A stretch of 63,750 nucleotides of DNA, counting the filler, from Intoshia linei (taxonomy: Eukaryota; Animalia; Orthonectida): NCBI GenBank assembly GCA_001642005.1. It is 8 parts of 8 records of this genome, joined end to end, with 100 filler letters (N's around TTAATTAATTAA, not from the genome) between each part and the next. Parts side by side here need not be neighbours in the genome. Positions count along the whole stretch, not along the records: positions 30,821 to 55,524 come from LWCA01000525.1; 7 more parts are not named here. One strand, written 5' to 3'. Made by a program: the position numbers and the translations under genes. The notes under the pieces were generated by a model. The model made no database searches. It saw only the letters and a program-made list of their open reading frames with translations, and was not told the DNA's origin. Below, in pieces: positions 40,747 through 54,057 of this stretch. Position 1 is the first letter of the stretch; each line of letters begins with the position of its first letter.

Positions 40747-43700
40747 TTAACTTATTTGGACACTTTTTAGGGAATATATATCTAAATTGTACGACGAGGA
40801 TGGAGTGATTTTGGTATTATCATAAATGGATACTTTTACAGTAAATGTCCCGGGTTCAACATTTGCTTCTAAATAACAGCAGCCATATCTAAGATTCGAT
40901 TTACAATTCTAATGTTATTTTTACCGGTAGATATTTTCGGTATTGTACAAGTTTAAATTATTTTCTGAAAGTAATTGTATTCCAATAGCAAGCTCTCTAA
41001 AATAATTATTTCATGGCACATTTTTAAATTACTTTTGAGTTGTCAGTTGAAATAAAACTGTTGTTGATTCCTGAACTATCATTTTGTAATTTGCTTCAAT
41101 ATTTTTTCCAGTACTCTCTTTTATCCACACATCTGATGCCTTTTAAAATAAGTTGTTGAAATGTAATAACTTACATGAATATGAGGAGAGTCTTTAAAAA
41201 TGTCGGGTGTACGATTAAGTTGAAAACTAAATGATGAATAGGCACTAAGAGTGTAATTGAGCGTGATGGATTTTTTCAATTGGGTTAAAACAATTGTTAG
41301 ATTCACTTCCGGTTCATCTTCAATTAATTTTACCAAATAATGAGGTGAATTTGTTCGTACTCCATCCTTATATGGTTCAGGGTAATCTATTCACAATTAA
41401 AATTTTAACGAGTTTAATTTAATTACTAGGTTCGTAAACTCGGCACGTTTTTTTGTTTTTATAAATGACTAGTCCAATAAACTCATCCTTAGAATCCTAA
41501 AATTATTTTAAAAATAACACAGTAAGCGTTACGCTGTTATTAGAGTGACGATTAACATGAATCCATATAGCTCGTTTTCCATTTCCAGCTGAATACAAAT
41601 TATATTGGGGATTATCTTTAATGTTGAAATGGCATGAAATGGGACCGTTTGTGACATTCCATGTACTAAAATGCATATATAAAAAAGTGGTTCAAAATCA
41701 TAATAATTTATTCAGGACGCGCTTGTTTGAAGTTTCAGGTAAATATTAATTTAAATGCAATTTACGCTGACCCGTTAAGAAGATTTTGATTCATATAATT
41801 ATCAGGTTATTAAAATTGATGATTTTAAGAAATTGATATACATTTTTATCGTGATTGAGGGCGTGGATTTTTTTTAAAAAGCCCTCTAAAACATTTTGCA
41901 AACGATGCGTAATGAAATATATCCCTAGTCACGTTTATCGGTCTGGACAGTTTAAATTTGACACACAACAGTTATGATATTAATATAAACAGTCCATTAA
42001 GGAGGTAAGGGTATGTTCGGTTCTGAGTGTAACACGATATTGATTTCAAACGATAAAATTAATTAAAATGATTACTCGTGTAAACTGGCTGAATGAGGAA
42101 ATATTGATGGATTCCAGTTGACGTCTATTCCTCGGAAAAATGTTACGAGCGATTTCAAGTCGATCCAGAAAATGCCATTGTCGTAAACTTTAGCAAACTT
42201 TTGATTAAATTTTAGATTTTTTCTTAATTCTGGGGTCCAGTGAACATCATCATCTACTGAGAAATTTCCTTTCCATCTTTTTTCGTGCCAAGGATTTTTC
42301 ATTAAAATGATTTTGTTATTCTAAAATCATATTAAAACATTTATTTATTGTAAATAATATAATACTACAACTGTTCTCAACTCTTTTTTCTTTGCCTCCC
42401 CATTTATTAATAACCAAATTTTAGTTTCCGATATCTATACCTGTAAATCAGGCATAGACCAAACTTTTTTCGCCGTGTCCCCATTTGCAATATATAAATT
42501 CTATGGACCCATAAATGTTTTTAAATAATATTGATTATAACACATATTACGCACGTTATACAATGATGATCTAAGGCAGTGGTTTCTGATTCAAATAGTG
42601 TATGGACTCCCATTTCAAAATATTTTTTTTGACCCCAAAGGAAAAATAAAATATAAAACATTGATGAAACAATTCAAGGTTTTTTCTTTCAAAATTTAGT
42701 AAAATCGTATTTTTCAAAAAAATATTCAAAAAAGGGGATTTCTCCTTACGGGTTGGTAAAATTGTATTTTTTATATAATTTTACTAGGTTGACTGTTATG
42801 ACTGTATTTTTGTATTATGGTACAAACAGGACCTAGCTCTGCCAAGGGCACATTTTTATTATACAAAAAAAATAAATTCACGTTGAAAATCTAACTTAAA
42901 ATCCACTATTCACTATTATCCATAAACAAGTGGTTCCCAAACTTGTTTCAGGTGGAACCATCATATGACATTACTATTGAAAATCTAACTTAAAAATCCT
43001 ACTATTCACTATTATCAATTCTTTAAAGGAAGTTCCCAAATTTGTTTTAGGTGGAACCGTCATATCACTTTACTTTCACCTTTAAAGTGAATTATTCCAT
43101 CTTAATTTTTTGTTTGTTAACATTTGCGTAAAGAATTTTAAAAACAATTGTTATCCTATTTTTTTAATTTATTAGACAGAATGTGAGTATAATATTAAAG
43201 ATAAAGTAAAAACAGTCCAATCCTAAAAATTGTCATAAATATCATAAATCATAGAAAAAATATAATTATAAAAACCTATTTTGTCATTTTCAATGTCATG
43301 AATCATCATGATGAATATATATCAATTTATATGAATAAATAAAAATTATAAAAATATTCATAATAAAACTAATGAACCGACTCTAATGTATGGTTTGTAA
43401 ATACAACCTGAATATTTCGAATATCCAATATAGCATATGCATGCGTTGAAACAATGCCGCATCTATCTTCATCCAAATCTTTTTTAGACGATGCAACCAA
43501 AAGACAATCTCCTTTGTGAAACCTAGTTAGTAAAAGATGGAAAATTTTATCGGCATCAAAGTCTATATCATCAAATAAAATTCGTTCTGGTATCCATCCA
43601 GTCAACATAAACATATCTTTCATCTATCATAAATTATTAAATTAAAACATTCAATGTAACAAGTTTTCAACAGTCTCATGTAAATATTATCATTAATCAC

Positions 43701-46700
43701 AGACATGTGAACTATTGTAAAATACGGTATATGATAAATAAGTTAAAACTGGAACCATTTCTTAAATTTCCATTAGTATTTTCTAAAGCAGGGTTTCTTA
43801 ACCGGGGGTACTAGCACCCCTAGGGGTGCTGGAAAAAATATTCTTATTTTTTATAATTTGAATAAAAAAATCTAATTAAACGTATTTTATATCTATTTGT
43901 TTAATTGACATCATATGTAATTTCAATCTCATCGAATACAGCTCATTCTATGTTCATTTACTGATTATGTTCGATAGAGTGATTTTTTTAAATCTCAATA
44001 AAATACGATTTTTAAGTTGAATTTTAAGGTATTATTTTTTATTTTTGCAGGGGTGCTGGAAATAATTGATCTGGCTAACGGGGTACTAAATTTAAAACAG
44101 GTTGAGAAACCCTGTTCTAAAGGGTTGATTTTTTGGTTGGTATTTTTAATTAATTAATTTTAAATTTTTTTTAAAATTTAAAAAAAATCTACCATCAGCC
44201 GTGCTAACTAATCTTTGATACAAAACAAAAAAGCTATAGTTTATAATAAAATATGATACCGCCATAGAACTTTCAAGAGCATATCCTCCCATAACTTTCA
44301 AAAATGCTTTTTCGACAATTGATACCCATAATTCATTAGGAATAACGGAAAAAGATGCCAAAATAGTATCACCCTCATCGGTTTCGATTACTGGAAATAA
44401 ATCATCAATGACAATCTAAATAATATAATTGATTATTATATGTACAAAGTATATTATATTAATATAAGTTCGTTAAAGGTATGTATCAATTGAGATTTTT
44501 TGAGAATGGTTTATTAGCTAACTACAGTCAGACCTGTATATATTGAACATCTAATATAGTGAACATTAAAAATTATTTTGTTAACAAAAAATCCACTTTA
44601 TATTGAAGTATAGTGAACAATACGGTAATGAACGGTAAACACCTTTCAAAATGAAGGTAATATTCTATTTTTGTATAATCTCATTGTAATTTGAATCAAT
44701 TAATATGATTTGCACTTTATTTTTACATTATATAATGAACGATAAAAATCGTAAAATTTGTTAATTGGAAAAAAAACAAATACTGTTTTTATTGGAAAAA
44801 TAAAACATATAGCCAACGAAATATGGCTAAGAAATTTAAATTATCTCTGGGCTACATATATGGAATCATTAAAAATTCAAACAATATTCTTATTCAAGAT
44901 GATATGATCATCCGTAATAGAAGCTTCTTTAAAACCTGTAAAATAGATGAAAAACTATTTGAATAGATTGAATTTAAAAGGTTGAAACATTTTATTTTAT
45001 CTGACGAAATGATTAAAACAATGGCTCTAAAATTGTATATAACTTATAAAATTGAAGATTTTAAGGCTTCAAATGGTTGGATAAGTTCTAATTCTGTGTA
45101 ATAGGTTCTGATATAATAGTTTCTGGTTTAATAAGTTCTGCATTTTAAGGATAATAAAAAGTTCACTATAAACTCTATAATGAACATCGTTATTTTTTCT
45201 GTTAGTGTTCAATATATACAGGTCTGACTAATTATTGAATTGATAATTCGTTAGATGTTTGATTTGATTAGAGACGACCAAGGGCCATATTGTAATATAC
45301 ATTGTTTTTGAAAATTTTTAGAGTCCACTTATTCCTTTTTATAATTTAATGCTGACTTGAAATTATTAATGTAAAATTAAAAACATACCTTTCGATATAC
45401 ACCGTTAAATTTCAGTAAAACCATATATTTACCACATGGATTATAGATTGGTTCATTTTTTAAATTTTGAGGATAAATAATACTAAAAAATTATAAATTA
45501 TAATTTATTAGCTAATTATGAACTACATCAGCGGTTACCAAATGCCGGTCCTTGAAATAGTTTTACTGGCCTTGGAAAAAGTTTTTGAAAATTTAAGTAA
45601 AATAAATACTTAAATAATTGTAAACTCATCCCCAAAACTATGTGAAAAACATGAATTTCTTTGAAAGATGGTATTTTTGAGTTGCCATATAAATTATTTA
45701 TGCAATATATGAATGTCTTAATGTTATAAATGTTGTATGGAAAAATAATATATCAATTAAGAAAATAATTAGCAATTAAAATTTTCATGATTAAAAAAAT
45801 TCGTCAAAACTATGTGAAATGTGTATATAAATACAAAAAAAACAATTTATAAATATAATTTTTTAATTACTAATAATTAAGTAGATTCCCACCTTTATTT
45901 TCTACAACTTCAATACCATTATTCGAAGAAATTCATGTTTTTCACATATTTTTGGGGATGAGTTTACTATAATTATTACATAGATAATATCGTTTTAGTG
46001 GTCCCTGACAAATTTTTTAATAGAAAAAGTGTGGGAATCCCTGAACTACACAATATAATAATTAATGGTACAATTTTAATTTACACGCATTTATCAATTC
46101 ACGATATCAAAATTTAACTTATAATAGTGTTCCATGTGTTTATAAATAAAAATAATAACTTTGATATCAAACGTTTTCCGTGAATTCTTTCGTATTGAGC
46201 GCATGCACTTAGAGAAGAAAGAAATGCACAATCATTAACCAAGTTCTAAATTAATAATTATAATTATCATCCAGTTTTATAATTTACTATATTGACTGTT
46301 ATGCACTACGTACAAACAGCACTTATCTCTGTCGATGGCACATTTTTATTATACCAAAAAAATAAATTCACGTTGAAAATCTAACTTAAAAATCCTACTA
46401 TTCACTATTATCAATCCTTTAAAGAAGTGGTCTCAAACTTGTTTCAGGTACACGGTCATATCACATTACTTTTTACTTTAAAGTGAATTATTCCATCTTA
46501 ATTTTTTGTTTAACTATTCGTAAAGAATTTTAAAAACAATTGTTATCCCATTTTTTTAATTTACTAGACAGAATGTGTGTATAATATTAAAAATAAAATA
46601 GAAACAGTCTAATCCTAAAAATTTTCATAAATAGCATAAATTCCATAAAAAATAAAATTATAAAAACCTTATTTTATCATTTTTAATGTGATAATATATA

Positions 46701-49700
46701 TTCAGTACCAATAAATACCAATTATGTATCAATAATTAACCGAATCTTCACTTGATAAACATATTTTAGTCGAATTTTACCAAAATTGCAAAGGATTGTA
46801 ATAAATATAAAACGGGATACATTTAAACTAACAGTAAATTTAGCTTCATTTAGCAGTTAATTTTTATTACAGTAAATTAACTTCATTTAGCAGTAACATT
46901 ATTTCTTTTTTATACTTTCATTCTTCATGTTTTTTTTCATCATAATAATTTAGTGAGCGCAAAAATGAAATTTAAAAATAACAGTAATAAGACAACAAAA
47001 TAAGTTAGATGTAAAATTGAAATACGTATAATTATACTATAATCAATGAATATGATGAAATTTAAGAGATATTAAGTTTAAATACGACAATTTATAAGGA
47101 TTAAATTTTATGTTCAGTGAAGCGGACAATTTTCCTTTGATATTGTTCAATTTCATTACTAAATATTAATTTTTAATCTTTGTTAATTAAAATTAATCTT
47201 AATGAATGAAATTTAATATTTTAAATTTTTAAATTCCAAGATTTCTAATTACTAAATATTAATACTGTTAAAAATTTTTCAAAAGTACTGTTAATTTTTT
47301 AAATATACTGTGAATTGACATAATATAACTGCTATAAGTCGTAAATTTACTGTAATAAAAATTAACTGTTAAGTGAAGTTACTGCTAAAAGAAGTTAATT
47401 TACTGTGTATTTAAATTTGTCTGATATAAAACTGATCATAACAAAGTTGTATCACTTTTATTAATCGTTGTATTTTTAATTTAAATTTTAAACAAAATAT
47501 TTTGAAAATGAGAATTTGAGATTTAAAAATTGCATAGGAATAAAAAAAATTCCCAAGGAATTAATTATATAGATTTTCACCGATATTTCTTTATTGGAAA
47601 TGTATAGACGCTCGATGCACATTTTTTTTGAAATTGTAGGATCAATATTTACATTCTCAATTTTAATTTCAATCGAAATATTTGAAAAATATAGGTTGAT
47701 AATATATTAACAATTATTTTTCACCGGGAATGTGCAGATTTCAGAGGTTGAAATTTTGTATCTATATTAACTGGAATAAGCTCTATCAGAATAATCTTTT
47801 TTTTAATTTTCGAACCGTTAATTATTTCACATTTTTTGTTTTAATAAAAAATATTTCGGATTGAATTTTTTGTGTGTGTTATCAGGATACAACTGTAGCA
47901 CCTGTTAATTTTTTTAAATTCTAGGGCTGTTTTTATAAAAAAAGGGTAATTTGGTGTTTTCGCCCTGAAGATTGGTAGTTATTGAAATAAACGATAACAC
48001 ATAAACAAATATTGGATAGCATATTATATAAGTAAGGATTCTTATAATTTAATTTACAAATATAACAACTACCTGTTTTATTCCAAATGGTGAAATTTGA
48101 ATAATTAGTTGAGGCTCACACACAAAATGACTAGCTCTTTTCCAAGTCAGTCCTTGATATGTGCGATGTTTTTTAGATAGTTTTAATAAACCATCTGGGT
48201 CGCTGAAAATTGTAAATATAAAATACATTAAAATTTTTCTACATTAAAAGCATTATACAATTAATTGAAAGTAAATAACCATTACTCTATCGGTTCCTGA
48301 TAACATGGTCCAATTATAAAAATGTATATTTGGGTGAGTGGTTCTAAACTTTGGTTATGGACCGTTAATTATTTAACATTTTTTGTTTTAATAAAATATT
48401 TCGGAAAAAATATATGAATACTAAAATGCTGTTTTGACCGTGAAGTCGTCACTTATTCGGATTGAAATTTTTTATGTGTTTTAACCGGATATAACTGTAC
48501 CACTGGTAAATTTTTTGAAATGCTAGGGCTGTTTTCATTAAAAAAAGAAAGGTAATTTGGGGTTTTGGCACCGAAGATATATTTTTTTTAAATATAAATT
48601 TATGTTAATGTTAATGATTTTAACATCCGTATCAGCGTATATATTTTTTTAAATTCTCCAACTCATTTGATTTTCAAAAAAAAGGACAATTGGGGTTTTT
48701 GACCCGTAAGATATGAGTTTGGAAGGTTGAAATATATCTTATTATCACCAGCAAAATACTGTAATTGAAATGTGGACTTTATAAAATTCTAAGACTGGTA
48801 GTTATTGAAATAAACGATAACACAAACAAATATTGCATAGTATATTATAATATGCTATGATTATATAAGTACAAACCAATATAGCATAGCATATTATATA
48901 AGTATTGATTTATAATTATAGATTTCAGGGTACTTCCCTTGACACATCACTAGTTATATTATATTTCAAATAAATACAGTATTATAAAAATACCTAAACA
49001 AGTCATATGAACTGTATTTTTCATTGATGTTTATAGACACGAAAGGTGCATATTTATTACCATCGATTGAGGAGCCTTTTCTAAACGAAACATTAGTTTA
49101 AATTATCAAATCCATACATAATTATTCTTTTTTCATATGGTGTTAACGACATCTTTTCAACTTTTTTCAAAACGGGGCGTTTTTCAAATTCTGATTTAGG
49201 ATCCTTTTTATTCTGTGATATTATACCTTTTATTATTTCAGCTCTATTAAATGTATAAATTTAAGTTATAATACAGTAGTACCAATGAATTTCTAAATTT
49301 GAAGCTTTCAAATTTAAAAAAAAATTAAATAGAATTTTGAAATTCAAAATTTTAAATAATTATTTTTATAGATTAATTTTTTATCATTTTTAATAAATGA
49401 TAGTACATTTATGTTTTGATTAATTGATATCAAAATAAAAAAGTTATTTTGATAAAATTAAATTAAATAATAACCGATCAAGAGAATGATATGCCCATTT
49501 ATTTGATTGTAATTTTAATTTATCAGTCGCTTTTCCATTTTTCTAAAAAAATAAAATTAGACAATAAAAATTGATATATGTAAGATTCCAGCAAATTTTA
49601 AAAAATTTGATATCCATATCTTTATAAATAAATATGTAAGTGTATATAACGTAAGTGTTGCTAAAAATGTCCCAGTGTGAGTACCTTTTATTGTGAAAAT

Positions 49701-51714
49701 AAAAATCTCAGAAATTTCAAAAACAAATATTGTAACTCAGTTTTATCCGATGGAAATATTAAAATAAATAATAATATAATGTTTTTGATTTTAAAATCCG
49801 TATCAACGTATATATTTTTTTAAATTCTCTAACTCGTTTGATTTTCAAAAAAAAATACAATTGAGGTTTTGACCCGTAAGTTGAGTTTAGGAGATTGAAA
49901 TTTATCTTATTATCACCTGGAAAAAACTGTAATTGAAATGTGGACTTTATAAAATTCTAAGACGGGTAGTTATTTAAATACAGCCTAACACAAACACACA
50001 CACTGACAAAAATCGCGTAGCATACTATAAGTTAGGATTAATCATATTAATATAATTATAATATAATAGTTAATATTAAAATAAAAATTTGAAACCGAAT
50101 TATTCACACCTTTTTTATTTTGTTTGAATAGCTCTAATAAACATGACATGTCCTAGGGCTCATAACAGAATAGTACTGGTAGAGAACATACTACGTGTTC
50201 TCGATAAAATTAAATGTGAAAGAAATATTTTTGTCAACATCTTTTTATCTATGTGGCAGAAGGTTAATTTGGTGTTTCGAAGACAGGAGAATTAAAATTT
50301 ATTACATTGTAGAAATAAATGTGTGAAATACAGTTTTTTTGTTTTAGAACTATCGTCATTCACTTTAATTTTTTAACATTTTCATTAAAATTTATATTTA
50401 TAAAAACAAAATTTATATTCATGACAAATTCTGTAATTTTTTTATTACATTTTTAGATGTCAAAGTTCGTTGTATGGAATTTTTATGACACTTATCACGC
50501 TTTTTTGATACTCCTAAAAAAAACAAATTAGTCGTTAAATTTTCAAAATCGTTTGTTTATAAAAAAGTTTCACTGTATAAAGAATTAACTTATTTATCTA
50601 TTTTGTTAGATTTTATGTGAATTTATTTTTTTGGTAGAATAAAAATATCCACCCATGGCAGAGCTAGGTGCTGTTTGTACGTAGCACATAACAGTTTACC
50701 TAGTCAAATATAAAAACAATTTCAACCTCTGGCGAACTTCTCTTGAGACACCATGCTCTATAACAAAAATTAACTTACAAATTCAATAGTTTTTTCCACA
50801 ACTTTTGTATAGATTTCAAGAGACTTGTTGTAATCACATTGTTCATCGTATGTAATAGCCTATCAAAAATTAATTAAAAAAATAACAGACATACTTCATC
50901 CAACAGGTATCTTATTGTTTGAAATTCATTCTAAAATATTAAAATAGAGCCGATACAAAATAGATCAAATTACTCTAATGATGGCATCTTCATTATTTTG
51001 AACAGTAGTAGGCTCATTTGCTAAATAAACATATACAATACTGTAAATTGTACAATAATAAAGTAATAAAAATTTTAAAAAAAATTAATCAATATGGACC
51101 AATGAACCTGTACTGGTAGTGAAGGGTCAATAATACTAAAAAAATTTTAATTATAGCAAGTTGATGAAACGGAGAAAATAAAGTTGTATTCATTAAAAAT
51201 TCGGTTTTTTCTTTTGATTTGTAATTACACAATTGTACATTGTACAATAGTTGTTAAAATTTGAGAAATTTCGTAACACAAATTATGTTATGAATTTTCC
51301 AGAAATTCAACGATACACATTGACCCAAAATTAACATTGAAACACTGATGTAAATTACATAAAAATGTTTAAACATAAAAATAAAACTAACCAACTGCAA
51401 AATATAAATTAATAATAACAAATCCCTAACATTGCCAAGAATGTTATGATTGATTAAATGATTACTAATCGTTCTCAATTTTTCAACTTTTGCCAACCAC
51501 ACATCTAAATTTTTGGCATCATCAGATTTGAAATTATTTTCTCCATATTCCTTTATTAGCCACTGTATAGCCTCCTAATAATGAATAAAAGGGATAACTA
51601 CAAAAAAACAACAAATACCAATACCTTGTAAAAAAATAATGCTTTTTTAAATTTCTTTTGTTTTTCTGACGCAAAAGCCACTCTGGCATAATTTGTAGAT
51701 TTTTTGTTATCCAT
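40747..51714 (-). CDS. CAPN7: Calpain-7 (PalB homolog): tandem MIT domains, CysPc and C2-like/CBSW domains
   Basis: Start MDNKKSTNYARVAF...ALFFYK|EAIQWL (MIT1), then AITYDEQ...IYTKVVE (MIT2). Catalytic triad: IKQ|NLVNDCAFLSSL (~46160-46226), THAYAILD (~43420-43445) and KNPW (~42290). Also ELWVSIVEKAFLKVMGGY, LTGWIPERI, DNGIFWID and DNPQYNL. Stop at 40747-40749. Confidence 0.93.
42784..43310 (-). mobile_element. Helitron 3' part, truncating a hAT MITE (42577-42783)
   Basis: A|CTAGGTTGACTGTTATG terminus on the minus strand. Internal ~90-bp duplication (TTGAAAATCTAACTTAAAA at ~42883 and ~42977). Confidence 0.75.
43789..44114. mobile_element. hAT (Buster-like) MITE, 326 bp
   Basis: TIR CAGGGTTTCTTAACC / GGTTGAGAAACCCTG. 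Perfect TSD TTCTAAAG (43781-43788 and 44115-44122). Confidence 0.9.
44525..45230 (+). mobile_element. pogo/Tigger deletion derivative with a decayed CENP-B-like HTH remnant
   Basis: ~25-bp TIR CAGTCAGACCTGTATATATTGAACA. Internal EDFKASNGWI (~45054-45083) is the Tigger/CENP-B motif. Many stops. Confidence 0.85.
45529..46043. mobile_element. hAT MITE with a nested inverted-repeat element (~45620-45966)
   Basis: TSD AACTACAT / AACTACAC. Inner ~44-bp IR AAACTCATCCCCAAAACTATGTGAAAAACATGAATTTCTT and its reverse complement. Confidence 0.7.
46287..48038 (-). mobile_element. Long Helitron variant (~1.75 kb) with a nested TIR element at 46813-47423
   Basis: 5' end TCCTTACTTATATAA at 48038 and 3' hairpin/terminus at 46287. 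The nested element is flanked by ATATAAAA (46805-46812 and 47424-47431) and is absent from the 10370-10946 copy. Confidence 0.8.
48360..50037 (-). mobile_element. Two further Helitron 5' fragments (48360-48910 and 49780-50037) in CAPN7 introns; CAPN7 exons lie between them
   Basis: Both match the reverse complement of 6909-7320. A plus-strand 3' end also occurs at ~50600-50703. Confidence 0.7.
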
Positions 51715-52174
51715 AATTCACAAATTAACACCACAGATTATAATCTATACGTACATTTGTAACAACGTAACTTTTTCTCAAAAATCAACTTAATTTCATT
51801 ATTTATAACCTAGCATTGGTATTTTAAAATGTATCTTTGACGTAATAACTGACGTACTTGTCTATTTGGAATGTAATTATATGTTGACACTTTTTCTAGC
51901 CAATTAAAAAAATGTAACATTTCCGTGCACATTCTAGTCTATTGACAAATGAGAACTATAAACATGACAAATGGATGAAATATTAGTTTTATATCCATCA
52001 TTTCCCAAATTTACTTGGTTACGTGGATGTTTATAAATAAGTGACGCATTGTTGCCATTAATATGTTTATCAAAAAATTTAACTACAAATGTAATGGCAT
52101 AGTCATAAGTATAGTTACATGAATAAAGTTTTATTTTCTCTAAAAATATTTCAATGGATAAATAAAACACTTAA

Positions 52175-54057
52175 ATGAACGATAAAATCTTTTCTATTGA
52201 GGTGGAATTGATTAAAATTTTCAGTGCTCTCGGTGTAGATAAAAAGGAAAATGTCGAATCAAATTTCAATTTTCTACTAAATTCTCTACTACTTGATCCC
52301 GTCAACGAGTCAAATTTGAACAAATTGAGTGTAGACGTTAAAAGAAATTTGGCTAAGCGACCGGGTTATTCTAATGCTTATTACAATTTCGATAACTGTT
52401 TAAATATATTGTTGAAAAACGAATCAACCCAATTTTTGAATTCCATTTTAGTATTTTTTACAAACCTGGAAACTAGCAATATTGATGATGAATCTGATAG
52501 TTTAACAAATTCAAAAATGGAGTTGAATGAAAATACTAAATCTGAAAAAATGTTTGCTGGAGGACCTACCCAATCTACAAGTGGGTTAGGTACTATGTCC
52601 ATTTTAGATACACATACTTCAAATAAAACCTTTCCATTAATTACGTGTAATTTTTCCAAATGTGCAACTAAACTTGAACCCACCACCATATCCGATTTTG
52701 CATTGATGAATGAATGTTTTTATGTTTTACAAGGAATTCAATCTTGTATTATTGAATTTAGCGAAAATGACAAGATTCATTTTATAAATAAAGATATCAA
52801 AGCAAACTACCGTCAAAAGCAGTATGTAACTAAAATATGCTCGTTAGGCATTATTTATATTGAAATTGAACACATTTTGAACGAAATTTTACATCATTAT
52901 CCAACTCAAAATTCTATTACCAAACAAGTCCTCGTTGCAGCTATTCGGTCTGAATTGACCATTTATTTTGAATCCTTGGCCATTTTAGTTTCCAATGTAC
53001 GAAAAAATAAAAACAAGTACAATTTTACTGATCTGGTTGTATGGTTTCACAAGGAAATGACCATTATGAATTTTCTCCACCTGGTATGTAGTGTATGTAA
53101 AAATAAATCTGGACCAGTTTTAATGTCTATATTACTCAGTTTCAACATTTCGGCCGACGTTAAAGTTGCCAAAACTGCCAAAAAATTTCTCTCTAAATTG
53201 TCTCAGCCGTGGTTCAATATGATTACTACTTGGTGTCTCGAAGGAAAACTTTGCGATACTTATGAATTTTTTATTGTCAAGAGTCCACTCAAATGTTTTG
53301 AAAATTTGTGGACAAAGGCATATTTTATTAAATACCAATCCCTACCAAAATTTATTTCAAATCATTTAGCCAAAAAAATATTGCTTATTGGTAAATCCGT
53401 CAATTTTATACGTGTTCAATGTAAAGTTAAATCAGAAATTTCTGAGTATACTAAACTCAAGCGATTCATTACACAAGATTCATTTTCCATTTATGATGAT
53501 AGTTATGAATCTAAATTTGTTAGTATGATTGACGCTTTATATGAGGAAACGTGCAGTCATCTTCTTCATGTCATGTTTACTGATTTTGATTTACATTTAC
53601 ATTTCAAAATATTTCATAAATTTATTGTTCTTCAGCAAGGCGATTTTATTTTAGAGTTTATGGACCTGTTGTCAAAAGAACTTAAAACTACCAAATCTCT
53701 CTATTTGCATAATTTGACTTCTATTTTGGATGTTGCGTTAAGGTCTATAACTTTATCGGATTCTCAAATAAATGATCGATTAGATGTTAAATTACTTCAT
53801 TCTGTTGAAAATGTTTCCACGTGGGATGCTTTTTGTCTTACGTATCATGTTGACGGTCCGTTAGAAACTGTTTTTTGCGTTTTATTACTTTTTTAATTTA
53901 TTTTAGATTTTTACCAATGATGTCATGTTAAATTACTTGAGAATATTTAATTTCTTGTGGAGATTGAAAAGAATGAAGTACATGTTGACGGAAATATTTC
54001 AATATCAAAGTACTGTGCGTCATTCAATTTTCAGAAAATTTAACAATCTTTCTAAAG
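52175..54057 (+). CDS. TUBGCP3: Gamma-tubulin complex component 3 (GCP3/Spc98); 3' exons not found
   Basis: Exon 52175-53869 (YVLQGI, WCLEGKLCDTYEFFI, LPKFISNHLAKKILLIGKSVNFIR, QGDFI, WDAFCLTYHVDGPLET), a 37-nt intron, then exon 53907-54057 (IFT...YLRIFNFLWRLKRM). Confidence 0.92.

Noticed and set aside
51254-53338. ORFs 51254-51502, 51534-51734, 51934-52170, 52381-52689 and 53132-53338 as separate genes
   Set aside because: Partial or wrong-frame readings of CAPN7 exons, intergenic chance ORFs, or antisense shadows of TUBGCP3.
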